From contig PWLA01000155.1 in the NCBI GenBank assembly GCA_003559555.1, forward strand, positions 1 through 26,737: a stretch of DNA of 26,737 nucleotides, in the 5' to 3' direction. The notes under the pieces are model-generated. The model did no database searches, was not told the DNA's origin, and saw only the letters and a list, made by a program, of their open reading frames with translations. Positions 1-8,292 of this stretch are shown here, one piece after another. Made by a program: the position numbers and the translations under genes. The DNA comes from Gemmatimonadota bacterium (lineage in GTDB: Bacteria; Gemmatimonadota; Gemmatimonadetes; Longimicrobiales; Gaopeijiaceae). Every line of letters starts with the position of its first letter. Positions within the stretch are counted from its first letter, which is position 1.

Positions 1-10
1 ACCCTGACAC

Positions 11-55
11 CGCAAGACCCCGTCCCGGTGGTCCCTGCCCTTCTTCAACGGCCTT
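11..55. repeat. Dispersed intergenic repeat, module A (45 nt), copy 1; probably the right end of an element truncated by the window edge
   Basis: cgcaagaccccgtcccggtggtccctgcccttcttcaacggcctt recurs at 8141-8185 with a single mismatch. Its reverse complement recurs imperfectly at 7910-7940. Confidence 0.7.
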
Positions 56-121
56 TTAAGCCTCACCACCACGATGCTCCGGGGGCCATCTCGGGTGGAA
101 CAGGGGTGGTGGTTCCTTAGC
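56..121. repeat. Dispersed intergenic repeat, module B (about 55-65 nt palindromic, hairpin-forming), copy 1
   Basis: The reverse complement of 59-113 is found at 26556-26608 as a 53-nt exact match, extending to about 90% identity over 26543-26612. An internal 7-bp stem ccaccac(67-73)/gtggtgg(107-113) encloses a nested gatg...catc stem. Confidence 0.7.
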
Positions 122-429
122 AGGCTCCGAAGCCGCCAATTCGGGCCTCCGGCATGGGAATTCGGGACTGACCCCGAGGTGCGGGTGCAAACGCACGCGC
201 CTGGCGGAGTGGGCTCCCACACCTCGGGCCCGCACACGACACTCAGACCCGGGATACACTGCCGATTCCAGGGGAAGGAAATTCCGGCCGCCTCCGTCCG
301 TCGCCCGCCCAACTCCCGGTTGTGACTCTCCGTACATCCTTGTCCTGTAGCGCGTTACAGGAACCTCTCTCGTTTCTGGCCTTCCCGTTGCAACCCGAGC
401 AGGGCGACCTGAACATCGGATTACACAAA

Positions 430-436
430 GGAGGTC
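430..436 (+). promoter_or_regulatory. Shine-Dalgarno sequence (aaggagg) 4 nt upstream of the ATG at 441
   Basis: acaaaggaggtccggaATG. This is the strongest ribosome-binding match in the window. Confidence 0.5.
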
Positions 437-440
437 CGGA

Positions 441-1181
441 ATGTCATACGAGGAGAACCCGTCCGCCTGTGGCCCGCGGCCCCGGAACCCGGGCCCGAAC
501 CCCCACCATTCGGGGTCCGGAGTCGTACCGGGGATCGGAGTCGCAGTCATCTTCATGTTCATGCTCCTGCTGATCCCCGCTGGAGCTGCAGCTCAGACCT
601 GCATCGGCAGCCCCGCCATGACCAGCCAATTCACCCTGGGCGGCTATGGTGCCTTCCCCGATGCAGGCACGGTCTACGGAGTCGATTCCCGCTCCAACCT
701 CCCGGGCAGGGTCGCCATGGGGGCTCGGATCGGCACCATCGACCTGGAAGACACCGACGACAACATCACCTCGGTGGGCGCCGACGTGGCCTTCGACCTG
801 GCTGGTCGAGGCGCCCTCAGCTTCTGTCCGGTGGTGGGGGTCGATCACGACTTCTGGAGCGGGACCTCGGGTGGGGTCGACTTCGACTACTCCCGCTGGG
901 CGTTCCCGGCAGCATTGGCCGTGGGCTCCCGAGTGGGAGACGGGGCTGGCAGCGCGACGCTCATTCCTTCGCTACGGGCCGGGCTCCTTCACCAGCGCTT
1001 CAGCGGCGAGGCGTCGGCTGGACCGTTCGTACTCCAACGGGACGGGAACCGGTCGGACCTCTTCCTCGACGCCGGTGCCACCGTTCACATCGGGCCGGTC
1101 TACGGCCGCGCCGGGATCCACCGGATTTTCGACGATCAGGGCGACACCGTGGTCCGGGTGGGGCTGGGGTTCGTGTTCTGA
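441..1181 (+). CDS. Small outer-membrane beta-barrel protein (OmpW/OmpA-like porin fold). Alternative start at the ATG at 556 (MFMLLLIPAGAAAQ)
   Basis: A hydrophobic signal-like segment with an AAA-Q cleavage motif is followed by alternating amphipathic strands rich in G, Y, D and T, and by a C-terminal aromatic residue (..LGFVF-stop). The strong SD at 430-436 favours the start at 441, but this gives an unusually long 35-aa n-region. Confidence 0.5.
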   Translation: MSYEENPSACGPRPRNPGPNPHHSGSGVVPGIGVAVIFMFMLLLIPAGAAAQTCIGSPAMTSQFTLGGYGAFPDAGTVYGVDSRSNLPGRVAMGARIGTIDLEDTDDNITSVGADVAFDLAGRGALSFCPVVGVDHDFWSGTSGGVDFDYSRWAFPAALAVGSRVGDGAGSATLIPSLRAGLLHQRFSGEASAGPFVLQRDGNRSDLFLDAGATVHIGPVYGRAGIHRIFDDQGDTVVRVGLGFVF

Positions 1182-1214
1182 CGCCGCAGCAGCACGCCGC
1201 TTCTCCCGACCAGA

Positions 1215-2636
1215 CTATCGTACCACCCGCACCCGCACGGCGTGGGGGTCGGCGACGTTGGTTCCGTCCCGATCGTTCATGAAGTGGACGATTCCAAGGA
1301 GTCTGCCTTCCACGCCGTCCTCGTCCACATCGATGATCCCGAGTCCCGGTGTCACCCCAGTGGCGTTGTGGGGATCACCGGTGAGTGGCACCGAGCCTCG
1401 GAGCGAGGCGAAGAGGCGTGCGCCCCCGGGCGCCACGTCGACGAGGTCCGGTGCGGGGTTCTCCGACAGCTCTCCGGCTAGTGGAACGGTATTCAGGTGA
1501 CGGCCGGAGGGGGCGTCCACGACCTCGGCCAGATCCTGGTTTCGATCCAGCACCCAGATGCGACTTCCATCCCGGACCGGTGCCATCCCGTGGGAATCCC
1601 GTTCTCCGTCGGCAGCGAAGACCAGTTCAGGAGCCGGCGTATTGGGCTCCGTCCCGTTCCCATATCCCGACAGGGGGAACCGGTAGACCTCGAACCCGTG
1701 GAGGTGGAGGAATTCGTGCTCCGCTCCCTGGAGGTTCACCGGGGCTCCCCCGGAGTTCAGGTACATCATCTCCCGGGACTGGACGCCCCCACACCCATTC
1801 CCCTTCACCGTCTCCCGGTCGTACTCGGCTACGATGCGCATGGGTGTGGCCCGAGAGTCCACCACGAAGAGCCCACCCCCCCGCAGCGTCACCCACGTAT
1901 AGCGGGAGTCTTCGTCGATGACGGGACAGATGGGCGCGTTGTCGGGGCGAAGCTCCGGATCCTGTCGAGGCAGGCCGGCCGGGGTGTCGCCTTCCGCCAG
2001 ATCGAGCGTGGCCTGGGTGTTGTGCATGAATTCCCCTCTCGCGAAATCGGTGTCGATCCGCTCCAGGAGCTTGCCGTTCTGGTTGGCCACCACGATGTAG
2101 CTCCCGTCCGGTGCCGGGAAGGCTGCATGGGCCTGTCGCGATCCCCCTGCCCCCTCCGAGGTCCGGAAGCACTCCAGGGGTTCTCGGGTGGCTGCATCGT
2201 AGATCACCACATGACCGCTTCCCACGAACGAGAGAACGGCGTGCGACCCTTCCCGGTTGAAGAGGAGCATGTGCGGCCGGACGGGATTGACTCCGGTCGC
2301 CTCCTGGCAGAGAGCAGAAGTGGCTCCAGCCAGATCCAGTCGTTCAACCGCATCAGCGGATCCGGGGTCTTCGCCCATCAGATCCGCTCCGTCGAAGACG
2401 TACATCCACCCGCCGAACCCCTGGGCGTGATCGCTGTCGGCCTGATCCACGATCCAGACCTCGAAGGGTTCATCGGAAACCTCGGCCGACTCCGGACCCG
2501 ACGGCGGGTCTCCGGGCTCCTCTGCCGGTTCACACGCAGTCAGCCACAACAGCGGGACAACCGGCAGGAGCGCCAGGCCATCGGACAACCACGAACCGAG
2601 GACCGAAGGAAGACGAATCGGACCCATCATCGCAAC
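1215..2636 (-). CDS. Lipoprotein with beta-propeller-type repeats (YVTN/lactonase-like), function unknown
   Basis: The start was chosen at MMGPIRLPSVLGSWLSDGLALLPVVPLLWLTAC, a lipobox L-T-A-C. The six-frame ORF extends upstream to 2729, but that N-terminal segment is not signal-like. The body contains repeated beta-strand blocks (HAVLSFVGSGHVVIYD, SYIVVANQNGKLLERID, RYTWVTLRGGGLFVVD) typical of propeller blades. Confidence 0.45.
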   Translation of the reverse strand, partial: VAMMGPIRLPSVLGSWLSDGLALLPVVPLLWLTACEPAEEPGDPPSGPESAEVSDEPFEVWIVDQADSDHAQGFGGWMYVFDGADLMGEDPGSADAVERLDLAGATSALCQEATGVNPVRPHMLLFNREGSHAVLSFVGSGHVVIYDAATREPLECFRTSEGAGGSRQAHAAFPAPDGSYIVVANQNGKLLERIDTDFARGEFMHNTQATLDLAEGDTPAGLPRQDPELRPDNAPICPVIDEDSRYTWVTLRGGGLFVVDSRATPMRIVAEYDRETVKGNGCGGVQSREMMYLNSGGAPVNLQGAEHEFLHLHGFEVYRFPLSGYGNGTEPNTPAPELVFAADGERDSHGMAPVRDGSRIWVLDRNQDLAEVVDAPSGRHLNTVPLAGELSENPAPDLVDVAPGGARLFASLRGSVPLTGDPHNATGVTPGLGIIDVDEDGVEGRLLGIVHFMNDRDGTNVADPHAVRVRVVR

Positions 2637-2925
2637 TCCCGAAGAAAATGAAGGGACTTCCGGGAGCCCTGCGCCCCGGAGCGATTTCCAATGTTCCCTC
2701 CTGTCGCGGGGCGCGCAAGGATCTTGCATTACCCTTCGGAACCCTCATACGACCAGCCGGGTTGTTTGAACGTCGCTCCGGACTGAACCCGCATCCACCA
2801 TCGGCTTTGCAAGAGGCGCCCTTGGCCAAAGTGGCCGCCATCCAGCGGCGAAATGAACGGGTTCACGTGGCATGAGTCACCGTGTGGACAAGGGGGCCGT
2901 TTCACCTTGAAAGGAGACGCCGGCA

Positions 2926-3896
2926 AGATGACAGGCACCTTTGAAGAAGGTCCCCAGTTGTGGCCGGCGCTTCCGTATGAAAAGTGGAGCGGGACTCTGG
3001 GCACATTTCACATGTGGTTGCAGATCGTGGGAAAGATCCGAGTGGCTCTCGTCCCGTGGGTGAATCATCAATGGCATGTGACCCTCCACGTGACCTCCCG
3101 GGGAATGACCAGTCGCCCGATGCCGTGTGACGGAGGCACCTTTCAGATCGACTTCGACCTTCTCGACCATCACCTGCTCGTTTCGAAGTCCGATGGTCGG
3201 AAGGGGCGAGTGGCTCTGAAGCCCCGAAGCGTCGCGGAGTTCTATCACGCCCTCATGAGCGAACTGAAGGGCATGGGGATCGAGGTCGACATCCATGGGT
3301 CTCCCAACGAGGTGGCGGATCCGATTCCCTTTCGAGAGAATGAACGAGACGGTGAGTACGACCAGGAGTACGTGGAGCGGTTCTTCCGCGTCGTGTCCAA
3401 CACCGCCCGCGTCTTCGAGGATTTCCGGGGAGGGTACATCGGAAAGTGCAGCCCCGTGCACTTCTTCTGGGGAGCGATGGATCTTGCCGTCACCCGGTTC
3501 AGTGGACGCCGGGCTCCGGAACACCCTGGAGGTATCCCACATCTCCCAGACTGGGTCACGCGGGAAGCGTACTCACACGAGGTCAGCAGTGCCGGATTCT
3601 GGCCCGGTGGCGAATCCCACCCGCACCCTTTCTTCTATTCCTACGCCTACCCGAACCCCCAGGGGTTTTCCAAAGCTGCGGTGAGACCGGACGCGGCACG
3701 ATGGGACTCCGATCTCTCGGAATTCGTGCTTCCCTACGAGGAGACCCGAAACGCCCGCTCTCCTGACGACCAGCTCATGCAATTCCTGGAATCCACCTAC
3801 GATGCGGCGGCAAGGCTCGGAGGGTGGGATCGCCCGAGCGTCGAGTGGGGGCCGGACGAACGACCGCCCATCGGTGGCCTGGTACAGGACGGTTGA
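2926..3896 (+). CDS. DUF5996-family protein (conserved hypothetical protein)
   Basis: The sequence begins MTGTFEEGPQLWPALPYEKWSGTLGTFHMWLQIVGKIR, which recalls the DUF5996 family N-terminus. An SD (aaaggag) lies 9 nt upstream of the ATG at 2926. The ORF track's earlier start at 2853 lacks an RBS. Confidence 0.5.
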
Positions 3897-4418
3897 ATGA
3901 AGTCACGCCTCACGACCTCGTCCCTTCTCCGATGTAGCGCGCTGATCCTGGTGGCCACAGGGCTGCTCGGCCCCACCGCAGACCTGGAGGCTCAGAGCCA
4001 GCCCATGGCCCTCCAGGTGGGCGCCGCATACTTCGCTGTCGGAGGTGAGGAAGATGAGACGGCAGCGTTGGAGCTCACCTACCGGCCCGACCGCCTGCGA
4101 CGCTGGCGGGTCGGCGCTCGCTTCGGCGGGATGCTCACCGCCCGGGGCGCCGGCTATGGCTATGGGGGCATCGAACTCCCCCTCGCCGTTACGGACCGAA
4201 CGACCCTCACCCCGTCGCTGGGGGCCGGAGCCTACCGGAGGGGTGACGGGCCGGACCTGGGAAGCACCCTCGAGTTTCGCTCGGGCATCGACCTGAGCCG
4301 CTCACTGGCCGGTGGACACCAGATCTCACTCTTTCTCTATCATCTCTCCAACGCCAGCCTGGGCGAGCGGAATCCAGGAGTGGAGGTCCTGGGGATCGGG
4401 TACGCGATCTCCTGGTAG
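3897..4418 (+). CDS. Acyloxyacyl hydrolase / lipid A 3-O-deacylase, PagL-like outer-membrane protein
   Basis: It has a signal peptide and an 8-strand-barrel-sized mature protein. The C-terminal HLSNASLGERNPGVEVLGIGYAISW matches the PagL family H-x-S-N catalytic motif, and the protein ends in an aromatic residue. Its ATG immediately follows the stop of the upstream gene (TGAATG). Confidence 0.55.
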   Translation: MKSRLTTSSLLRCSALILVATGLLGPTADLEAQSQPMALQVGAAYFAVGGEEDETAALELTYRPDRLRRWRVGARFGGMLTARGAGYGYGGIELPLAVTDRTTLTPSLGAGAYRRGDGPDLGSTLEFRSGIDLSRSLAGGHQISLFLYHLSNASLGERNPGVEVLGIGYAISW

Positions 4419-4425
4419 GAGAACG

Positions 4426-7400
4426 CTAGCGCTCCACCGCCTGCACCTGCCGGACCGGTACCGACGGAATCTCCCGGACCCGGTAGATGGGCAGAATGCG
4501 GCCGGGTCGGGCCTCGGTGAGGAACTCGCCGGTGATGGCGAAGGAGTTCTCGTCCTCGGGCTCCATGAGGTGGGCCACCAGCGCGGCTCCAGGCTGGTTC
4601 GCCCGTACCAGATAGCTTCCTGCGGCGATCCTCCGGGTCTCAGGCTCCAGCGTCGTCTCGAAGCGCTGCGGGACGTACCCTTCGTACAGCGATCCTGAGA
4701 GATCCAGATCGTCGATCCGGTACACCTCCACCTGCCACTCCGTCTCCCGCAGTATGCGCTCGACCTGAACCCCGTGGGTCAGGAGCTGGGTCACCAGGTC
4801 GCCCCGCTGGGGCTCGATCACGTAGCCCACTGGCCGGGTTCGGGCCAATGTCACCGTAGCGCTGTCGTAGAGGGGCGTCTGGACGGTGATCGTCCCTCCG
4901 GTCCACTCCCGTCGGGTGCCCTCGTCCGTTTCCACTTCGACCAACTCAGCTACTTCGTAGCCGATGGTCCGGCTCGCCGCCGGCTCCCGGCGGACCGCCA
5001 GTTCGTCGGCCTCGTCCCAGGTACTTCCCAGCCCATGGAGTTCCTGGCGACCCTGGCGAAAGGCCTGGATGACTCCGGCTGCGTTTCCTGCCATCTCCCG
5101 GGCCAGCGCCTCCATGGCCACGTATTGCCGATGTGTCCGGTCCTCGATCCCCACCCTGGCGTCGCTCTCCCGGAGGCTTTCGAAGAGGATGGTCGCCATC
5201 CCCTGCGAACCGGCGTAGTCGTTCAGGGTTCGTCCGTAGACCGGCACGAAGATTCCGCCCTCCGGGTTCTGGGCCAGCCCCCCCGGGGTATGGTAGATGA
5301 TGTGGGAGTAGTCATTAGCCTCCAGTGCTTCCACGATGGCCGGGATCAGTCGGTCGCCGGAGAGTTCCATGGGAGCCCGGGGACCATGGGGGTTTGTCGG
5401 ATGCCAGGTGTAGAAGTCGTACACGCGGGGCGGACCGCCCAGCTCGTGGGCGTCCACCACCACGTGGGGCCGCCAGGGCACCAGGATCTCCTCCACCACA
5501 GCCCGGCTCTCCGGGTTGTCCAGACGCAGGTAATCGCGGTTCAGGTTGTAGCGAGCGGCGTTGGCCCGGGCGCCCCAGTCGCCGGCCTCGGCACCGTCGG
5601 GGTTCATCTGTGGCACGAAGAGGAAGACCATCTCGTCCAGGAGAGGTTCGAGGGGGCCGTCGGTAAGGTCCCGGGCAAACTGCATGAGGGCCTCCTTCCC
5701 CGCCGGTTCGTCGCCGTGGACCTGGGCCCCGATGAAGAGGATGGGCTTGCCCGACGCGTGGGCTTCCCAGGGGCTCTTCACCCCGGATCCCGAGAGTACC
5801 ACCAGGTGCAGGGCCCGCCCCTCGCGGCTCCGGCCGATCTCCATCATGTGCGCTGCCGGAGACGCCGCCGTCAGGGAGCGGTAGAAGGCCACCACCTCGT
5901 CGTGGGGAGTGAGCTCGCTCCAGCCCACCCGTTCGGCATGGGTGGAGGGGAAGCCCACGGCGCCCTCGGGCGGTGCGGTCGCCACGCCCTCGATCCAGTG
6001 CGGTGCGCCCCGGGCGTCGGCCCGGGTCACTACTTCGGTCGGGGTCTGGGGGAGAGCCCTCAGGCGATGCACCGGGAGCGTCGCCCCGGAGCGTTCGTCG
6101 GTGGCCAGCCAACCGGCCGCGGCCAACGAGTTCTCGTCGTCGGGCTCCAGGAGGTGGAAGGCGATCCGGGCGTTGGGCTGGTCGGCCCGGACGATGAACG
6201 ATCCTGCCGGGGCCTCGATCTCATCCGGATCCAGTGAGATCCGGAAGCTTCGCTCCACGTAGCCCTCATAGGGCGAGGAGGCGCGCTCCACCGACTCCAC
6301 CCGGAAGCTCTCCACCGAAACGGTGGCCGGCACCTCCAGGCGCTCCACCTTCAGACCGTGTCGGGCCACCTGCCGGGCGACTTCCGCCCGGTGGGGCTCG
6401 ATGAGGTAGCCCACTGGACGCACCCGGCCCGACTCCACCACCGCGCTGTCCAGAATCGGGACGCGGAGCTCCACCAGCTCGCCCTGCCACTCCATCCGGT
6501 AGTCCTCTTCCCGACTCGGCACCTGCCGCAGCTCCACGGCGATGGAGTCCGCCGGGTCCCACCGGGCACCCCGCCGCACCAGCTCGGCCCGCTCCTCTGC
6601 TACGGTAGCCACCACCCGGGGCCCGTGCTCCGCGGCGAAGCGGGCCACCGATCCCATGGCGACCTGGTGGCGCCGGGTCCGGTCTTCCAGCTCCTCCCGG
6701 GCGTCCCGGGGTCGTACGCTCTCGAACAGAATGGAGATGGCGGCCTGGGCGCCCCCGTACGATGACAGGGCCCGGGCGCCATACGTGCCGGCCGAGACCC
6801 CGATGGAGGGGTCGTCCACGAGCCCGCTGGGCACCCGGTGGTAGGGAAAGTGGGAGTAGCCTTCCGACTCCAGCGCCTCGACGATCGCCGGGACGATCTC
6901 CGAGCGGGTCAGCTCGAAGGCGTGGGTGGGACCATGGAAGTCCCGGGGAAAGCTGGTATAGAAATCGTAGATCCGGGGCGGACCCACCAGCTCATGAGCG
7001 TCCACGATCACATGAGGTCGCCACGCCGCCACCATCCGCTCCACGAAGGCCCCGGTCTCGGGGTTGTCCAGCCGGAGATAGTCCCGGTTCAAGTTCCGGC
7101 CCCGCTGGCTCGACCGGGTCCCCCAGTCACCGGACTGGGCCCCGTCCGGGTTGATCTGTGGCATGAGCACGAAGATGGCCTCGTCCAGGAGTCCGTTCAG
7201 CTCGCCCTCCGCCAGCTCCCGGGCAAAAAGCATCAGCGCCTCCTTGCCCGCCGGCTCGTCGCCGTGCACCTGGGCCCCGATGAGAACCACCGGCTTTCCG
7301 GAGCCGTGAGCTTCCCAGGGTGTGGCCACCGAGGGGCGGGAGAGGGTCACCTCCAGCAGCTCCCTGCCCTGGGCGCTGCTCCCGATGCTGCGGAGGCGAA

Positions 7401-7752
7401 CATCCGGGGAGCGGGCCGTGAGTTCCTCGTAGAAGGCCACCACCTCACCGTGGGGCGTAAGCTCGCTCCAGCCCGTCCGTTCGGCATGGGTGGTGAGCTG
7501 AGTCGTGCCGGGCTGCTGAGCCCCAGCCGCCGCTGCCCCCACCGCGACCAGGAGGCCCGTGGCAGCGGTCGCCACGGCGACTCGCACAGCTCTTCGGGTG
7601 CGCCGGACGATCTCGGCTCTCGTAGAAATGGAACGCCGACCCTCGTGACGGGGCTGAGCAGGCCGGCGCGAAGGCGACCGGCTGGATCGGCCGGAAGAAA
7701 CAGGTGCAGGCATGGCGGATGTCCGGGTTGCCGCTCGGGGCGCACCGTCCAT
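4426..7752 (-). CDS. Secreted tandem-duplicated M14-family zinc carboxypeptidase (MpaA-like HGDE motif), two complete catalytic modules in one polypeptide
   Basis: Two blocks of about 515 aa each are roughly 55% identical. Each block carries QVHGDEPAGKEAL (Zn ligands His and Glu), NLNRDYLRLDNPE and VDAHEL (third Zn His). The DNA-level repeat ccgttcggcatgggtgg appears at 7475 and 5928. The N-terminus has a long Arg-rich n-region, RRTRRAV, then a hydrophobic stretch ending AAAAGAQ, which resembles a Tat or Sec signal. ATGs at 7752 and 7713 are both possible starts. Confidence 0.75.
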   Translation of the reverse strand: MDGAPRAATRTSAMPAPVSSGRSSRSPSRRPAQPRHEGRRSISTRAEIVRRTRRAVRVAVATAATGLLVAVGAAAAGAQQPGTTQLTTHAERTGWSELTPHGEVVAFYEELTARSPDVRLRSIGSSAQGRELLEVTLSRPSVATPWEAHGSGKPVVLIGAQVHGDEPAGKEALMLFARELAEGELNGLLDEAIFVLMPQINPDGAQSGDWGTRSSQRGRNLNRDYLRLDNPETGAFVERMVAAWRPHVIVDAHELVGPPRIYDFYTSFPRDFHGPTHAFELTRSEIVPAIVEALESEGYSHFPYHRVPSGLVDDPSIGVSAGTYGARALSSYGGAQAAISILFESVRPRDAREELEDRTRRHQVAMGSVARFAAEHGPRVVATVAEERAELVRRGARWDPADSIAVELRQVPSREEDYRMEWQGELVELRVPILDSAVVESGRVRPVGYLIEPHRAEVARQVARHGLKVERLEVPATVSVESFRVESVERASSPYEGYVERSFRISLDPDEIEAPAGSFIVRADQPNARIAFHLLEPDDENSLAAAGWLATDERSGATLPVHRLRALPQTPTEVVTRADARGAPHWIEGVATAPPEGAVGFPSTHAERVGWSELTPHDEVVAFYRSLTAASPAAHMMEIGRSREGRALHLVVLSGSGVKSPWEAHASGKPILFIGAQVHGDEPAGKEALMQFARDLTDGPLEPLLDEMVFLFVPQMNPDGAEAGDWGARANAARYNLNRDYLRLDNPESRAVVEEILVPWRPHVVVDAHELGGPPRVYDFYTWHPTNPHGPRAPMELSGDRLIPAIVEALEANDYSHIIYHTPGGLAQNPEGGIFVPVYGRTLNDYAGSQGMATILFESLRESDARVGIEDRTHRQYVAMEALAREMAGNAAGVIQAFRQGRQELHGLGSTWDEADELAVRREPAASRTIGYEVAELVEVETDEGTRREWTGGTITVQTPLYDSATVTLARTRPVGYVIEPQRGDLVTQLLTHGVQVERILRETEWQVEVYRIDDLDLSGSLYEGYVPQRFETTLEPETRRIAAGSYLVRANQPGAALVAHLMEPEDENSFAITGEFLTEARPGRILPIYRVREIPSVPVRQVQAVER

Positions 7753-7909
7753 CCGATGCGACCCCGCGAGCGACGTGGATTACGAAGTCTCGCGATGAAG
7801 GTGAATGGAGACAGCCTATCGGGGATTGGGCCTTTCGGCAATGCACGTACTCCCGGGGCTCGCCTGGCGGAGGGGACCGTGTTCCGCCATACTGAGCAGC
7901 GTAGAGTAG

Positions 7910-8185
7910 AAGGCCGTTGAAGAAGGGCAGGGCGCCACCGTTGGGAAGCCCCAGGGGCCCCAATCGTAGGCGGTTCGTCGAAGGCATAGCCTTGCGCTAC
8001 GTCGAGGCGAACCAACGACCGACTGGGGCCCCTGCGGCCTCAACCCGAAGGGGGACGGGGGGTTGCGGCCCTGGATCTTCGTTGGGCCGCTTCACCGATG
8101 GCTAGTGCATCGCTTTCAGCGACCCGCCTTGCCCAGGACGCGCAAGACCCCGTCCCGGTGGTCCCTGCCCTTCCTCAACGGCCTT
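7910..8185. repeat. MITE-like non-coding element, about 276 nt, with about 30-bp terminal inverted repeats; the right arm is module A
   Basis: Left arm 7910-7940 is aaggccgttgaagaagggcagggcgccaccg. The reverse complement of the right arm 8156-8185 is aaggccgttgaggaagggcagggaccaccg, giving one mismatch and one indel. There is no ORF with coding character inside. The element lies in a 540-nt divergent intergenic region. Confidence 0.55.
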
Positions 8186-8292
8186 CCAGGCCTGGCGGTA
8201 CAGAATGAAGGAACCCCACACCTCCACACGTATGGGGGATGCGGAACGGGCCAGAGCCGCCGAACGAGTCCACTTCCTCCGGAGGTCTTCAC

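Noticed and set aside
74-325. 83-aa ORF sharing 'MLRGPSRVEQGW' with ORF 26401-26664, which could suggest a duplicated small protein
   Set aside because: The shared peptide is just module B, a palindromic nucleotide repeat, read in one frame on opposite strands. Similarity ends exactly where the nucleotide repeat ends, and neither has an RBS.
7862-8198. 'gcctggcgg' as a 9-bp target-site duplication of the MITE-like element
   Set aside because: The copies are asymmetric relative to the inverted-repeat arms, 40 nt outside the left arm but 4 nt outside the right, so they do not behave as a TSD. They look more like a third repeat module (C).
7753-8292. Known structured RNA (RNase P RNA, tmRNA, SRP/4.5S, 6S) in the long intergenic region or in 1-440
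   Set aside because: I looked for RNase P P4 and GGUGAAA-type blocks, a tmRNA tag-peptide reading frame ending in a stop with a CCA-proximal T-arm, and the SRP domain IV motif. None are present. The repeat structure fits a MITE-like element better.
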